56,955 bases of DNA, from positions 1-56,955 of IMG/VR virus record IMGVR_UViG_3300012948_000001; one strand, given 5' to 3'. Below, one piece after another: positions 1 through 9,110 of the stretch. The number at the start of each line of letters is the position of its first letter. The first letter of the stretch is position 1. Made by a program: the position numbers and the translations under genes. The stretch comes from a virus. Lineage: Duplodnaviria; Caudoviricetes. The notes beneath the pieces are model-generated. The model had not been told where the DNA came from. It was given only the letters and a program-made list of their open reading frames with translations, and did no database searches.

Positions 1-123
1 GCTTTTGAAACGCACAACTCAGCACGGAGATAAAACGGAAATTCGGTTTATCCCAGGAACACCAGAAGGATCGTTTACATTTGTAATCGGTCTGTCGCAG
101 TTTCCGTGTATCTCATGGAGTGA
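1..123. repeat. Terminal direct repeat, copy 1 (circularisation overlap)
   Basis: 1-123 is identical to 56833-56955. Confidence 0.95.
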
Positions 124-162
124 AGCGTTGGATATGTTCTACACATTCGATGCGGAGAAAAC

Positions 163-444
163 ATGAACAAGCGAGAATACACCGTTCCTATTAAGGACGG
201 TATGATCGTGAAACATGGGTCGATGCTCCGATTTACCGTTAAGAGTGGTAAGGAAGTTCTGGAGGATGACCTATGCGATGCACGATTCATTGGTGGCGCA
301 TTGACGAGAGCTAGCATTATGTATAACGCTCTCTCGATGAGTGGTGGGATTTCGTGGTTTAACCCGTCCACAGGGCGATCTATCAAAAGACCGAAGACTA
401 CGATCCGCGCAAGAATCGAGGATATCGTAGAAGTTCCACTGTAA
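163..444 (+). CDS. Hypothetical early protein
   Basis: ATGA overlap with the junction-spanning ORF; GGAG upstream. Confidence 0.7.
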   Translation: MNKREYTVPIKDGMIVKHGSMLRFTVKSGKEVLEDDLCDARFIGGALTRASIMYNALSMSGGISWFNPSTGRSIKRPKTTIRARIEDIVEVPL

Positions 445-451
445 GATATTT

Positions 452-492
452 GGAGGCTGGTGCTGAAAATAGGGTTCGATTCCCTATCTCCA
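452..492 (+). ncRNA. tRNA-like minihelix (acceptor-like stem plus T-arm); not a full tRNA
   Basis: GGAGG...taggg-TTCGATT-cccta-TCTCC-A; no D or anticodon arm. Confidence 0.4.
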
Positions 493-516
493 ATTGTAGT
501 TCGGAAAGGAGGGTAG

Positions 517-768
517 ATGGGCTACGATGATGTTTCATATTCTCAGGTTGAAGGTATGATCTCAGACCTACGCGGAACGATTGAATCATTGCGGTATGAT
601 CTGGAACAACGAGTCTCGGATGCAGAGAATAACATCTATAACGAGATTCGCGAGAATTATCGCGATCTTTCTGAAAGCATTAACGGTTTGAGCGAACGGT
701 TGTATAACCTGGAAATTCAGGTAGGTGATCTGGAAGCGAAGTTGGAGAAGAAATATGACCGGATCTAA
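517..768 (+). CDS. Coiled-coil hypothetical protein
   Basis: AAGGAGG SD; heptad-like L/I pattern. Confidence 0.75.
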   Translation: MGYDDVSYSQVEGMISDLRGTIESLRYDLEQRVSDAENNIYNEIRENYRDLSESINGLSERLYNLEIQVGDLEAKLEKKYDRI

Positions 769-1138
769 TCTGCCACCGGGAGTTAACGTGAACGATATCC
801 CAGGAAATCGTCCTGAGGATATAGAGAGCGAAAAGTTCTGGGAAGCTCTCGATGAGCAATTCGTCAAGCAGTATGGCGATAGAGCAAAGAAATGGTTGGT
901 CATGCTCGAAGACATTGATCCTGAAGATATGATCTTTGAGTATGTTGAAACAGCTCGTGAGATTGCATATCAGAAAGGCTATGGAGATGCTGTTGATATT
1001 GTCGAGTATGAATGCGATCATAAGTGGCGTGACTACAGCGAGTACGGTGGCGATTACGAAGAAAATCCTATCGTCTGCAAGCATTGCGGAAAAGTTGCGC
1101 CACCGGATGTAGTGGAGATATTCAAACGGGAGAACTGA
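755..1138 (+). CDS. Hypothetical acidic protein with C-terminal Zn-ribbon-like motif
   Basis: GGAG SD; CDH...CKHC. Confidence 0.7.
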   Translation: MTGSNLPPGVNVNDIPGNRPEDIESEKFWEALDEQFVKQYGDRAKKWLVMLEDIDPEDMIFEYVETAREIAYQKGYGDAVDIVEYECDHKWRDYSEYGGDYEENPIVCKHCGKVAPPDVVEIFKREN

Positions 1139-1317
1139 TGCTGAGCGCACACGATGATGCACATATGGAGGAAATCCTAAAGGGTTATGGCGATTGGTTC
1201 TCGGCTAAATTGCTGAGACTGATTGCCAAAGCTGACGGACAGAACATGGAAAGAATCAGACTCGGATTTCCTGAGCACGTAGCAGCATACGAGAGGTACG
1301 TAGAAACCGGAAAGTAA
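1138..1317 (+). CDS. Hypothetical early protein
   Basis: TGATG coupling with the upstream gene. Confidence 0.7.
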   Translation: MLSAHDDAHMEEILKGYGDWFSAKLLRLIAKADGQNMERIRLGFPEHVAAYERYVETGK

Positions 1318-1357
1318 CGCAATCGTAGCCAGTCAAAGGCTGGCTACAGTGGCGTTA
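1315..1357 (+). promoter_or_regulatory. Intergenic RNA hairpin, candidate RNase III-type processing site
   Basis: taacgc..gtagccagtc-aaa-ggctggctac..gcgtta between a stop codon and a GGAGGTGA SD. Confidence 0.5.
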
Positions 1358-1374
1358 TTGAGAGGAGGTGAGAT

Positions 1375-1545
1375 ATGATAAAGGGAAAGGGATGGCCGTC
1401 GGCGAAGGTCACCTTGCGTAAGGATAGAAAGATTATCACGATTCAGGATGAACAAACGAAGGAAATCCTGAAGTGTACGGTCGCCGGTGGAGAAGAGCTA
1501 TTGAAGCAATTGGATAGTGTTGTAAAGGCAGCAAGGAAAGGATAA
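1375..1545 (+). CDS. Small hypothetical protein, 56 aa (not in ORF track)
   Basis: GAGGAGGTGA SD then ATG; MIKGKGWPSAKVTLRKD... Confidence 0.7.
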   Translation: MIKGKGWPSAKVTLRKDRKIITIQDEQTKEILKCTVAGGEELLKQLDSVVKAARKG

Positions 1546-1579
1546 ATGTGCCAAATTGGGTGGAAGGAGGTGAAAAGCC

Positions 1580-1924
1580 TTGGAATGGGATAACGAGGGT
1601 AATGTCCTTTATGAAGAGGACAAGACCTTTTACATTCACAAGTATGAAGTCGGCCAATGTTATGGTGGGCCAGAAGAAGGTGGATGGTGGTATGAAGCAG
1701 GAACACCCACCGAAGATTGGAAACCACTAGGGCCGATCAAGGGTGAAGAAATCGCCTACGTTATCGTTCGTGCATTGAACGAATACGAGCATGAAAGGGC
1801 AGAACGAGATGAGCAGTATAGTTATACTTCTGTCCTGTCACATCAGTCGGAGCATTTCTCCTACGATATTGACGAATCGCCGGTAGCAGAAGGCTATCCA
1901 AAGGTTAGGCCACATTATGAGTGA
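1580..1924 (+). CDS. Hypothetical acidic protein (YGGPEEGGWWY motif)
   Basis: GGAGGTGA SD with TTG start. Confidence 0.75.
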   Translation: MEWDNEGNVLYEEDKTFYIHKYEVGQCYGGPEEGGWWYEAGTPTEDWKPLGPIKGEEIAYVIVRALNEYEHERAERDEQYSYTSVLSHQSEHFSYDIDESPVAEGYPKVRPHYE

Positions 1925-2261
1925 AGGGATCAAGTGGTGTAAGACATGCGGAAGCGTTCTTACTCCAGAAACAAATAGCGCTCGATGGGAAATTTATGAG
2001 CGCCTACGGGATGGGAGACAGTCGCTAGAAGGATTGACGTTTACTAGTGATTGGGTGCAGGAAAACGTCTATGACGATGAGTCGCACGAAAACTTTATTG
2101 CGACGATGGAGAGAGATATGTATCGTCGTGGTCTTTGTGTTGATTGTAGTCTACCTGATCTACGAGGCATTACGGATGACGATATAATGTCGGACGAGGA
2201 AGCTCAGGAGATGCACGATCTTTGGGCAATGGAAAGAGCTGAAAGGAACGCGGGTTGCTAA
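1917..2261 (+). CDS. Hypothetical Zn-binding protein
   Basis: CKTC and CVDC pairs; overlaps upstream stop. Confidence 0.7.
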   Translation: MSEGIKWCKTCGSVLTPETNSARWEIYERLRDGRQSLEGLTFTSDWVQENVYDDESHENFIATMERDMYRRGLCVDCSLPDLRGITDDDIMSDEEAQEMHDLWAMERAERNAGC

Positions 2262-2467
2262 GAAGGCTCAAACGTTGGTGGAGAGACTTCTGGTTCGCAA
2301 TCCACTCACATCCATGAAAACATACGAAGAGAAAGTTCAGATGGTTCTGGATGATTACTGGTCTGGAAAGATCAGTCAAATCCGAGCCGATGAGATGTTG
2401 AGAGTTATTCAACAACAGCATAAGATAAGTGGTACACTCGACCTTCGCACATTGGAAAGGAGGGAAA

Positions 2468-2809
2468 ATGAGCGCACCGGAGAGAATTGATAGTCGGGAT
2501 TTGGATTTGGATGATCCCGAGGATAAAGCTCTTTACGATGAACTAGAAGAGAATAGTGAAGAGCATCCCGACGATGGTGTATTTCCGATTCGAGCAGACA
2601 AGTTTGTCGAATATGCTCAGGAATATGCCGATGAGACAGGATCATTCTCATATCGGATAACAAACCCGAGAACGTTTCGTGAGGAGGCAATTGATCTCTC
2701 GCAAGAGTGGCCTTTCAATCACATTGATTGGGAGGCAGCAGCAGAGGACTTGCGCGATGGCTGGTTTGAAGTAGAATACAAAGGTGCAACGTACTACGTC
2801 CGACCTTAG
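2468..2809 (+). CDS. Acidic protein, possibly ArdA-like antirestriction DNA mimic
   Basis: Very acidic; IDWEAAAEDL...VEYKGATYY resembles ArdA C-terminal region (recalled similarity, not searched). Confidence 0.45.
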   Translation: MSAPERIDSRDLDLDDPEDKALYDELEENSEEHPDDGVFPIRADKFVEYAQEYADETGSFSYRITNPRTFREEAIDLSQEWPFNHIDWEAAAEDLRDGWFEVEYKGATYYVRP

Positions 2810-2847
2810 TTTAAAGGAGCAGCCTGCGGGCTGTTCCCTTAAGCTAA
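2806..2847 (+). promoter_or_regulatory. Intergenic RNA hairpin, candidate RNase III-type site
   Basis: ttagtttaaaggagcagcc-tgcg-ggctgttcccttaagctaa directly before AGGAGGTGA. Confidence 0.55.
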
Positions 2848-2858
2848 AGGAGGTGATA

Positions 2859-3137
2859 ATGGAAGCTTGGTTGAAGGAAGCGAAGGATAAGCTCGTCAAG
2901 GATATTGCGGAAGATGGCCCAATCACTAGTTGGGATGAGACGAATTACTGTAGATTTTGCAATATCACATGGGCAGAAGATACGTTTGACGAATATCTCG
3001 AAAACGAGATAAGCCTTGCAGTTGATCCTGGTGCAAGAACTCGGACTGGTAGTCGTATCGCATGGGAACATCACGAAAAGGACTGTGTTTGGGTACGTGC
3101 CAATACGATCCTAAAGGGAGAACATGCGAAAGCCTAG
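2859..3137 (+). CDS. Hypothetical protein (CxxC ... HxxxC)
   Basis: Strong SD then ATG. Confidence 0.7.
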   Translation: MEAWLKEAKDKLVKDIAEDGPITSWDETNYCRFCNITWAEDTFDEYLENEISLAVDPGARTRTGSRIAWEHHEKDCVWVRANTILKGEHAKA

Positions 3138-3315
3138 AGAAGCCGTAGAATTGATGGACGATAGGAACTTTATCTTTCGATTCGGCCAATTGGTTGGAGC
3201 AGTTGAAATGGCTTCTCACCAATTGCAGCAATCGAAGGATGAAGAGGCACAAAAGGTCGGACAAAGATTGTCTGTTGTATCAAGTTGGTTCTTCGAAGAG
3301 AAAGGAGGTGAATAG
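3124..3315 (+). CDS. Hypothetical protein
   Basis: GGGAG SD; operon packing. Confidence 0.65.
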   Translation: MRKPREAVELMDDRNFIFRFGQLVGAVEMASHQLQQSKDEEAQKVGQRLSVVSSWFFEEKGGE

Positions 3316-3770
3316 TGCCAAAGGTCGTAGGATTCGTATATGATGCGGATCATCATTGTGAAGATTGTACTCGCAATTATGTCAAGAAGCATTGGCATAA
3401 GGACTTCGATGATCCACCGGATTATATACCAAATGTCGATGGGGTAATCAGTGGAGACATTGAGTTCCATGATGGTGAATTCAACACGATCCATCCGATG
3501 TTCGATGATGAAGAAACAGATACGCCTATCCATTGCTCAGATTGTCATGAGTATATTGAGACAGCATGGACTGACGAAGGTGTAACATACGTATTCGAGG
3601 CATTGCGGGATTATCTCATATCGGGATATGGAAATACTGATGCTCTCGATGTTTGGGCCGATGAGCTGAGCTATGCCTGCCCAGATACTGAGATAGATGT
3701 AACCCTCGATCTATATAACGAAAGGAGGAAATATGAGCGCGAGCATCCACCCGGACAGCCCACTCATTGA
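3315..3770 (+). CDS. Hypothetical acidic Zn-binding protein
   Basis: GGAGGTGA SD with GTG; CEDC and CSDC. Confidence 0.75.
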   Translation: MPKVVGFVYDADHHCEDCTRNYVKKHWHKDFDDPPDYIPNVDGVISGDIEFHDGEFNTIHPMFDDEETDTPIHCSDCHEYIETAWTDEGVTYVFEALRDYLISGYGNTDALDVWADELSYACPDTEIDVTLDLYNERRKYEREHPPGQPTH

Positions 3771-4077
3771 CGGAGCTATTCCTCGCACCGAGGCAGAACG
3801 TTGTAGCATTCTGTTGGATTATGCTCTGAACGATTTAAACAATAAGTGGAAGCATTACAGCTGGGAGGAGTTCCCGACTGAACTTTATCGGGAATATTTC
3901 AAACTGGAAGACGAATACCGTCAACATTATGATGGCGAGTATTGGGAGTGGTGGAATGAGTTAGAGGATGATATCATCGACCTCATCAACAAACTTCTAC
4001 CCGAAGATGCCGTATGTCTCTTGAATCCAGATGATCCAGGCACTGTGGTTATCTGGAACAGGGACGATGAGTTCTAA
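3733..4077 (+). CDS. Hypothetical acidic protein
   Basis: AGGAGG SD then ATG. Confidence 0.7.
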   Translation: MSASIHPDSPLIDGAIPRTEAERCSILLDYALNDLNNKWKHYSWEEFPTELYREYFKLEDEYRQHYDGEYWEWWNELEDDIIDLINKLLPEDAVCLLNPDDPGTVVIWNRDDEF

Positions 4078-4489
4078 AGCAAAGAAACAACTAGCTGCAC
4101 TCAATAGAGTGCAGGCCGTCTTCGAAGATCCGGATAAGATTTCCGATTTCGGCTTGCTTCAGTTACAGAACTTTAGTAAGGATATCGAAATCCTCCTCGA
4201 TGCATTTCCGAAGGAAAGTAACATAGGTATACTTCGGGAATTCAAGATTGAGGTAGATAAGTTCATCCAAGCGGAGATTGGTATTCGACGCGCAGTTACG
4301 GGTGCAGAATACGAGCTTCGCAAACTGTTTCACAAGACAGTAAAAGAGACACTACGGGAACACAAGAAAGAACACGAAGTCGCACACCAGGAACTTTGTA
4401 TTACCTGCAATAAACGACCGAGACATTTCGGTGAATACTGCAAGCGATGTTGTCCACCCGAAATGCGACCGATAGGGAAGGTCACATGA
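4067..4489 (+). CDS. Hypothetical protein with C-terminal Zn finger
   Basis: CITC...CKRC; start revised to MSSKAKK. Confidence 0.6.
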   Translation: MSSKAKKQLAALNRVQAVFEDPDKISDFGLLQLQNFSKDIEILLDAFPKESNIGILREFKIEVDKFIQAEIGIRRAVTGAEYELRKLFHKTVKETLREHKKEHEVAHQELCITCNKRPRHFGEYCKRCCPPEMRPIGKVT

Positions 4490-4686
4490 TTGTTGAAATG
4501 CGCTGTCCTAACTGTCGTGAAACCAACGAGATAAAGCTCGATGATGAGAAATATGATCGTTGGATCAGTGGAGAGCACGTTCAGAATGTATGGCCGGAGA
4601 AAACTCCCGCTGAACGTGAACAGTTGATTACGGGGATTTGCTCTGACAAGTGCTGGAACGAGTATCTCGGGCCAGAGCTTGATTGA
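4486..4686 (+). CDS. Small Zn-binding protein
   Basis: CPNC...ITGICSDKCW; ATGA overlap. Confidence 0.65.
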   Translation: MIVEMRCPNCRETNEIKLDDEKYDRWISGEHVQNVWPEKTPAEREQLITGICSDKCWNEYLGPELD

Positions 4687-4885
4687 GGAATCCCCTATTG
4701 CCAACTGCTGTAGATGCAATTCAAAGTATGTCCATGCTGGAGATGCCGAGGTAGTCTATACGAATTTCAAGACTCTGAGGTATCATACGCTATGTCCAGG
4801 GTGTAAACTTTGGGCGGAGCCTCTAACGGCAGAAGAACTACAGAATTGGATGGATCAACATGAACGAGAAGAGTACGGAGCTTGA
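4679..4885 (+). CDS. Small Zn-binding protein
   Basis: CCRC...CPGC; overlap with upstream stop. Confidence 0.55.
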   Translation: MIEESPIANCCRCNSKYVHAGDAEVVYTNFKTLRYHTLCPGCKLWAEPLTAEELQNWMDQHEREEYGA

Positions 4886-5132
4886 TAAGAATGCGTACTA
4901 TACGGTCGAGGGTTATGGCGGAATTGCATGGTATACTCTCGGTTATCACGTCGAAGAGATTTGGGATTCAAATTGGGATGAAGTCGAGGAGGTCGTGGAT
5001 ACGGCAAAGGCAGTAATGGTCATGGTTGGTGATGACCGTAAGTTCGTCTTCGATATCGAGGAATTGACCGAACTTGATGAAGATGAATTCTGCCATACAT
5101 GCGGTCAGATCGGTTGTACGGCAGATGGCTAA
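4860..5132 (+). CDS. Hypothetical acidic protein
   Basis: MVGDDR...CHTCGQIGC. Confidence 0.65.
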   Translation: MNEKSTELDKNAYYTVEGYGGIAWYTLGYHVEEIWDSNWDEVEEVVDTAKAVMVMVGDDRKFVFDIEELTELDEDEFCHTCGQIGCTADG

Positions 5133-5297
5133 GATGGATGACGTTTTCAAGACGATGATCTTGGATTTGATTAAAGCTAACGTCCAAGCCGCAGCAGCCA
5201 TCGAGATCAGTTACTTTGAAATCGAACAGGCTGTAGCACAAGGAATCAGAAAAGGTAACGGTCAAGCCGTCTATTGTGATCTTCATCTGATGCCAAA

Positions 5298-5343
5298 GTA
5301 GATTAAATAGAGCAGATCGAAAGGTCTGCTCTGCCTAATCTAT
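5298..5343 (+). promoter_or_regulatory. Intergenic RNA hairpin (processing site or terminator)
   Basis: gtagatta..agagcagatc-gaaa-ggtctgctct..taatctat. Confidence 0.5.
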
Positions 5344-5407
5344 GTGTTTAATTATGTAAACCTTGATAATTTCCCTCATTTTAAAAATTTCTGAGAGGAG
5401 GTGATAT

Positions 5408-6079
5408 ATGGAACTTACCGAGAAAATCGCTAAACTTCTGGAGAAAGCTCAGAGCACTACGTTTGAAGAGGAAGCACAACTCTTCTATAACAAAGCTCAA
5501 GAGCTAATGCGGAAGTATGCCATTGAGGAAGCTGAGCTTTGGAAAACCGGAAAGAAAGGTGAAACTCCGATTGTCCAGGCATTTACTCTTGGTTCCGATA
5601 AGATGGCAGGAGTTGAGGGTTTGAATTCATTGCTTCATGCATGTACCGAATTCAACAGATGCCAGATGTGGTATACTGGTAATTACAAGGCACACTGTCA
5701 TGTTGCAGGATTCAGATCAGACGTTGAATACGTCGAGCTTCTCTATAACAGTCTGAGATTGTACGGTGAGGAGAAATTGGTTTGGGCAAGTCTCGAATCA
5801 GACGAACATCATCGTACATTCGATGCTGGTTTCTGGAGTGGATTTGCTAACCGCATCTATTTCAGATTGCAAGAGGATCAGTTGAACAGTCCAACTTCTA
5901 CCGCTCTTGTATTGATCGACCGTAAGAAGGAAGTCGATAGATGGTTGGCAGAAGATCAAGGTATGAGATTCGGCAAGGGACAATCATCCGGTAACAAGTC
6001 CTATGATGGACGTAAGGCCGGTGCAGAGGCAGCTAACACAGCTAGTCTAAATCCGAGAAGAGGATTGGAAAGTGCGTAG
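5408..6079 (+). CDS. DUF2786-domain protein
   Basis: N-terminal KIAKLLEKAQST..EEEAQ...KAQELMRKYAI is the DUF2786 signature. Confidence 0.8.
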   Translation: MELTEKIAKLLEKAQSTTFEEEAQLFYNKAQELMRKYAIEEAELWKTGKKGETPIVQAFTLGSDKMAGVEGLNSLLHACTEFNRCQMWYTGNYKAHCHVAGFRSDVEYVELLYNSLRLYGEEKLVWASLESDEHHRTFDAGFWSGFANRIYFRLQEDQLNSPTSTALVLIDRKKEVDRWLAEDQGMRFGKGQSSGNKSYDGRKAGAEAANTASLNPRRGLESA

Positions 6080-6356
6080 ATACGTACTAAACACATCATT
6101 TGGAGCGTACTCTGCGGGGACTGAAGTAGATATTAGGAGCGCAACGGGATGGGGGAAAAAAGATGTGGTGGGTATTCATCCTGTTAATAGTCATCCTAGT
6201 GTTGTCATTGACGTTCCTGCTACTTGTCTTACACTTCGACGCGATAGAACGGATCTTATTGCGAAACCAACGCGGGAAGAAAGGCGAAAGGAGTTGAGGA
6301 CAGTTTGGGAGCTGATGAATCGTACATCAGACGAACCGACATCATCGAAGACGTAG
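6072..6356 (+). CDS. Hypothetical protein
   Basis: Overlapping operon packing. Confidence 0.55.
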   Translation: MRRYVLNTSFGAYSAGTEVDIRSATGWGKKDVVGIHPVNSHPSVVIDVPATCLTLRRDRTDLIAKPTREERRKELRTVWELMNRTSDEPTSSKT

Positions 6357-6556
6357 GCTTTGAAGTTGATGGCGGATATGGAGAGGACGGAAGACAATCA
6401 AGAGGCTTCCTAACTCTTGAAGGTGACTTCGTTGAAACATTCCAGCGGTATCTGGAAAACGAAGATGAAAGTGATCCCGATTACGGTCGTGTAATTCTAC
6501 GACTGGAACGGAACGAAGCAGAGAAACTCGTAGTCGAGATTTCAAAATGGATCTGA
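6305..6556 (+). CDS. Hypothetical acidic protein
   Basis: GAGG SD with TTG. Confidence 0.55.
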   Translation: MGADESYIRRTDIIEDVGFEVDGGYGEDGRQSRGFLTLEGDFVETFQRYLENEDESDPDYGRVILRLERNEAEKLVVEISKWI

Positions 6557-6831
6557 CGGCGTACCAAGTTGATGCTATCGCAGAGTTGAGTCAAGACAAT
6601 AACGTCTCTAAGATAGAGATAGGGAAGGAGGGATTAATGCCAATCACGCTAAACGCGGATCAGGTTGCCGCGATTGCAAAACTCAATCGAAGTTATGCTG
6701 TCATCAAGATGGTGCTAACGGAACAACCTAACTCAGAGGAATATATCAAGGTAGAGATGACTCTGAAAGCCGGTAAAGGAACAATCGAGCGAGAGTTTAT
6801 CATGGATGGGATTGGTGCTCTTGTAAAATGA
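6547..6831 (+). CDS. Hypothetical protein with internal repeat (LTAYQVDAIAEL / LNADQVAAIAKL); possible second start at 6637
   Basis: ORF; AAGGAGG SD before internal ATG. Confidence 0.55.
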   Translation: MDLTAYQVDAIAELSQDNNVSKIEIGKEGLMPITLNADQVAAIAKLNRSYAVIKMVLTEQPNSEEYIKVEMTLKAGKGTIEREFIMDGIGALVK

Positions 6832-7070
6832 AGATCCAAAGACCAACGCTGGGTATATTTCTAACTGAACTGAGAAAGTTACCAGCAGAAATCGAGAATG
6901 TAGAAGAGTGTGCAAAGAATTGGATAGCTCAACAGGAGAGTCGTGAGAACGGTTATCACGATCAGTATTACACCTCCCTTACTCGGGAGAGATTGGAACG
7001 TTCATTAATCGAATTGAGAAAGGTGCTTGCTGAAGTCTATGACACCCAAGGAGATCGTGGGCTCTTCTAA
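6828..7070 (+). CDS. Hypothetical protein
   Basis: ATGA overlap. Confidence 0.6.
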   Translation: MKIQRPTLGIFLTELRKLPAEIENVEECAKNWIAQQESRENGYHDQYYTSLTRERLERSLIELRKVLAEVYDTQGDRGLF

Positions 7071-7071
7071 T

Positions 7072-7323
7072 ATGCTGTTCAATGCGAATGATAAAAAGAA
7101 ACCATCATGGGAAGCGGGTACGAAGATAATGGATACATGGCCCGACCCACTTCAACTACTAGAGATCCGAGATGCAGTAAGAAAAGGAGCTACAAAGGTA
7201 ACTCTTGATGGGAGAGAATTCACCATTAAGTATAGAGAGAATGGTGACTTTTCCATCTGGCCTGTCGAGGGATTCGTTCCTGGTGGTCATTTCGAACTCG
7301 AATATGCATTCAAGGAACTCTAA
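7072..7323 (+). CDS. Hypothetical protein
   Basis: ATG just after the upstream stop. Confidence 0.55.
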   Translation: MLFNANDKKKPSWEAGTKIMDTWPDPLQLLEIRDAVRKGATKVTLDGREFTIKYRENGDFSIWPVEGFVPGGHFELEYAFKEL

Positions 7324-7662
7324 ATGTTTGATCGGGAATTAACGCCAGAAGAAGTGGAGGATCTACTAGCCAAACCAACAAATAAAGGTGAGTTTGAAGT
7401 ACCTGGTACCAACATTAGGAGAAAATATAATACCGACGTGAGGACAATAACCAATTGGTTCAAACTACCTCACACAACGGGTCTATGTACCGTGCCAGCG
7501 CATATTGAGCATCGGCCTGAGAATGACTATCCCAAAGATCGGATAGCCATGATAATGAAAATAGGTCGGTATCAAGTATGTCGTTGGTGTTTTCTGGAGA
7601 AGCTAGACCAAATCCCACAGGGGGATATCGGGGATGAATACGATGGGATAGCTGGAGTATGA
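7324..7662 (+). CDS. Hypothetical Zn-binding protein
   Basis: C...H...CRWC; AAGGA SD. Confidence 0.65.
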   Translation: MFDRELTPEEVEDLLAKPTNKGEFEVPGTNIRRKYNTDVRTITNWFKLPHTTGLCTVPAHIEHRPENDYPKDRIAMIMKIGRYQVCRWCFLEKLDQIPQGDIGDEYDGIAGV

Positions 7663-8114
7663 TAAGTCGTGAATTCGAATATAGCGTTGAGCTATATGAG
7701 GCATTGGAACGGGAGTCGAGAGTCCGTACTATCCAGGGTATTGAAGTAACTGCCTGGGAAGGTAGTCTTGTGAATAAGTACCGTGGCCTGGGTATATCCC
7801 AGACCTATTATTCACCAGTCAAGGGAATCCTTGAGGGCCAAGGCTGCATCACCACCATGCGGCGCGGCTCCCGCTCTGCCCCTAGCCTCATCGTCCTACA
7901 TCATCCCCCGGACGAGGCCGAGTATACGATTTTGAAATTTGGTGGGCCGAAAGACTTGACAGAGGCCCGCTACCGTGCTAAGCTCCGTACCATGATTCGG
8001 GAGGAGCTTAAAGACCAGATAGGAGGTAGGGATATCGTAGAGACACTACGGGAGCTAGATACACGGGTAAGTGCAATAGAACGAAAAATCCAACCAAACA
8101 CAGGAGAGAAATAA
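7659..8114 (+). CDS. Hypothetical protein, possible winged-helix
   Basis: ATGA overlap; GISQTYYS...LEGQGCI pattern. Confidence 0.6.
   Translation: MISREFEYSVELYEALERESRVRTIQGIEVTAWEGSLVNKYRGLGISQTYYSPVKGILEGQGCITTMRRGSRSAPSLIVLHHPPDEAEYTILKFGGPKDLTEARYRAKLRTMIREELKDQIGGRDIVETLRELDTRVSAIERKIQPNTGEK
7956..7984 (+). promoter_or_regulatory. Housekeeping-sigma promoter inside a CDS
   Basis: TTGACA-17-TAAGCT with TG extension. Confidence 0.6.
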
Positions 8115-8115
8115 A

Positions 8116-8433
8116 ATGAGTAACGCTTTTGTTGAACTGTCGGACGAGGCTCTGAACGAGGCACTTGCAGGTTCAAGGCAGCGTGGAGTCTATGACGAGA
8201 ACTACATCGCTTTTGTTGATTCAGGTCGTCGTGGTGTTGAGATCAATCTGGCCGAGGGAGATCATGCCGGTAAAAAGGCACAGTCTGTCAAGACCGGGTA
8301 TGAGTCCGCTATTGAGCGCATCAAGGCGGGTAAGATTCTGGATGCTTCAGATGAGGTTAAGGAAGCAGCCGGTAACACCAAGGTCATTCTGAAGGGCGAT
8401 CGTGTGTTCCTCGTCCGCTCGGACGTATCGTAA
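8116..8433 (+). CDS. Hypothetical protein, likely highly expressed
   Basis: CAGGAGA SD; biased codons. Confidence 0.75.
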   Translation: MSNAFVELSDEALNEALAGSRQRGVYDENYIAFVDSGRRGVEINLAEGDHAGKKAQSVKTGYESAIERIKAGKILDASDEVKEAAGNTKVILKGDRVFLVRSDVS

Positions 8434-8502
8434 CCAACCAATCGAAACGAGGGGAGATAGCAATATCTCCCCTCACACTACTAACACAGGAGAGATAAAG
8501 AA

Positions 8503-8736
8503 ATGGCATCTACCGTTGAGACTTATGAGTTTCCCGCAAGTACGCGAGGGAAGCATGATTGGAATGCATGGCTTGATGGTCAGATTTGGGTACTGACGGA
8601 AGGTGTAGACTTTGATTCAAAGGCTACCTCGTTTCGTACTTCGGCCATGAAGCAAGCTGGTAATCGTAACAAGCAGCTTCGTTTCAATGTCGATGGTAAC
8701 AAGGTGTATCTCCAGGCCATCGAGAAGTCCGCTTAG
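8503..8736 (+). CDS. Small putative DNA-binding protein
   Basis: HDWNAWLDGQIWVLTEGVDF motif; same acacaggagaga leader as the previous gene. Confidence 0.7.
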   Translation: MASTVETYEFPASTRGKHDWNAWLDGQIWVLTEGVDFDSKATSFRTSAMKQAGNRNKQLRFNVDGNKVYLQAIEKSA

Positions 8737-8757
8737 TCCTACTAAGGTCGGGGAGAG

Positions 8758-8793
8758 AATGAGAGGGTCGGAAACGGCCCTCTCATTTTATTT
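8758..8793 (+). terminator. Rho-independent terminator
   Basis: aatgagagggtcg-gaaa-cggccctctcatt followed by T-rich tail. Confidence 0.75.
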
Positions 8794-8825
8794 CAATAGC
8801 GTGCTTACTTTAAAAGTTCGCACCC

Positions 8826-8854
8826 TTGACAATCACTTCCGCATCTGCTACGCT
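8826..8854 (+). promoter_or_regulatory. Housekeeping-sigma promoter
   Basis: TTGACA-17-TACGCT with TG extension. Confidence 0.7.
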
Positions 8855-8859
8855 TCACG

Positions 8860-9110
8860 TTGCATCCCGTAGATGCGCTCGCGGAATCAGGGGAGATAGC
8901 ACGGGAATGTGCGCCTATGCTATCTCCCCCCGCTTATTCAGATACAAAAAATCCGACGGACGGAGTATTCTGAATGAGAGATAGTGTAATCGGTCGGTGT
9001 GTCCTCCTTACCGATGACCCTGTACTATCTCTCATGGAGGATAGTCCGTCTATCTTCCATAACAGAGGGAGGTGGTTAGTTACGCGCAAAGGCTAGCTAC
9101 CTCCCTCTTA
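8860..9110 (+). ncRNA. Structured leader or sRNA with three long hairpins
   Basis: Stems 8890-8929, 8959-9050 and 9064-9108; no credible ORF. Confidence 0.55.

Noticed and set aside
1-123. Biological terminal repeat
   Set aside because: It falls mid-ORF and is more simply an assembly overlap; cannot be resolved without reads.
452-492. Functional tRNA gene or attP
   Set aside because: No D or anticodon arm, no CCA, and no integrase in the genome.
8860-9110. c-di-AMP (ydaO) riboswitch upstream of the Rpf-like gene
   Set aside because: The GGGGUGAAU and CCGUCAGCUAAC core motifs are absent; only generic resemblance. The partial cgggggaa/gctaacctcg match near 11913-11954 is also just a simple hairpin.
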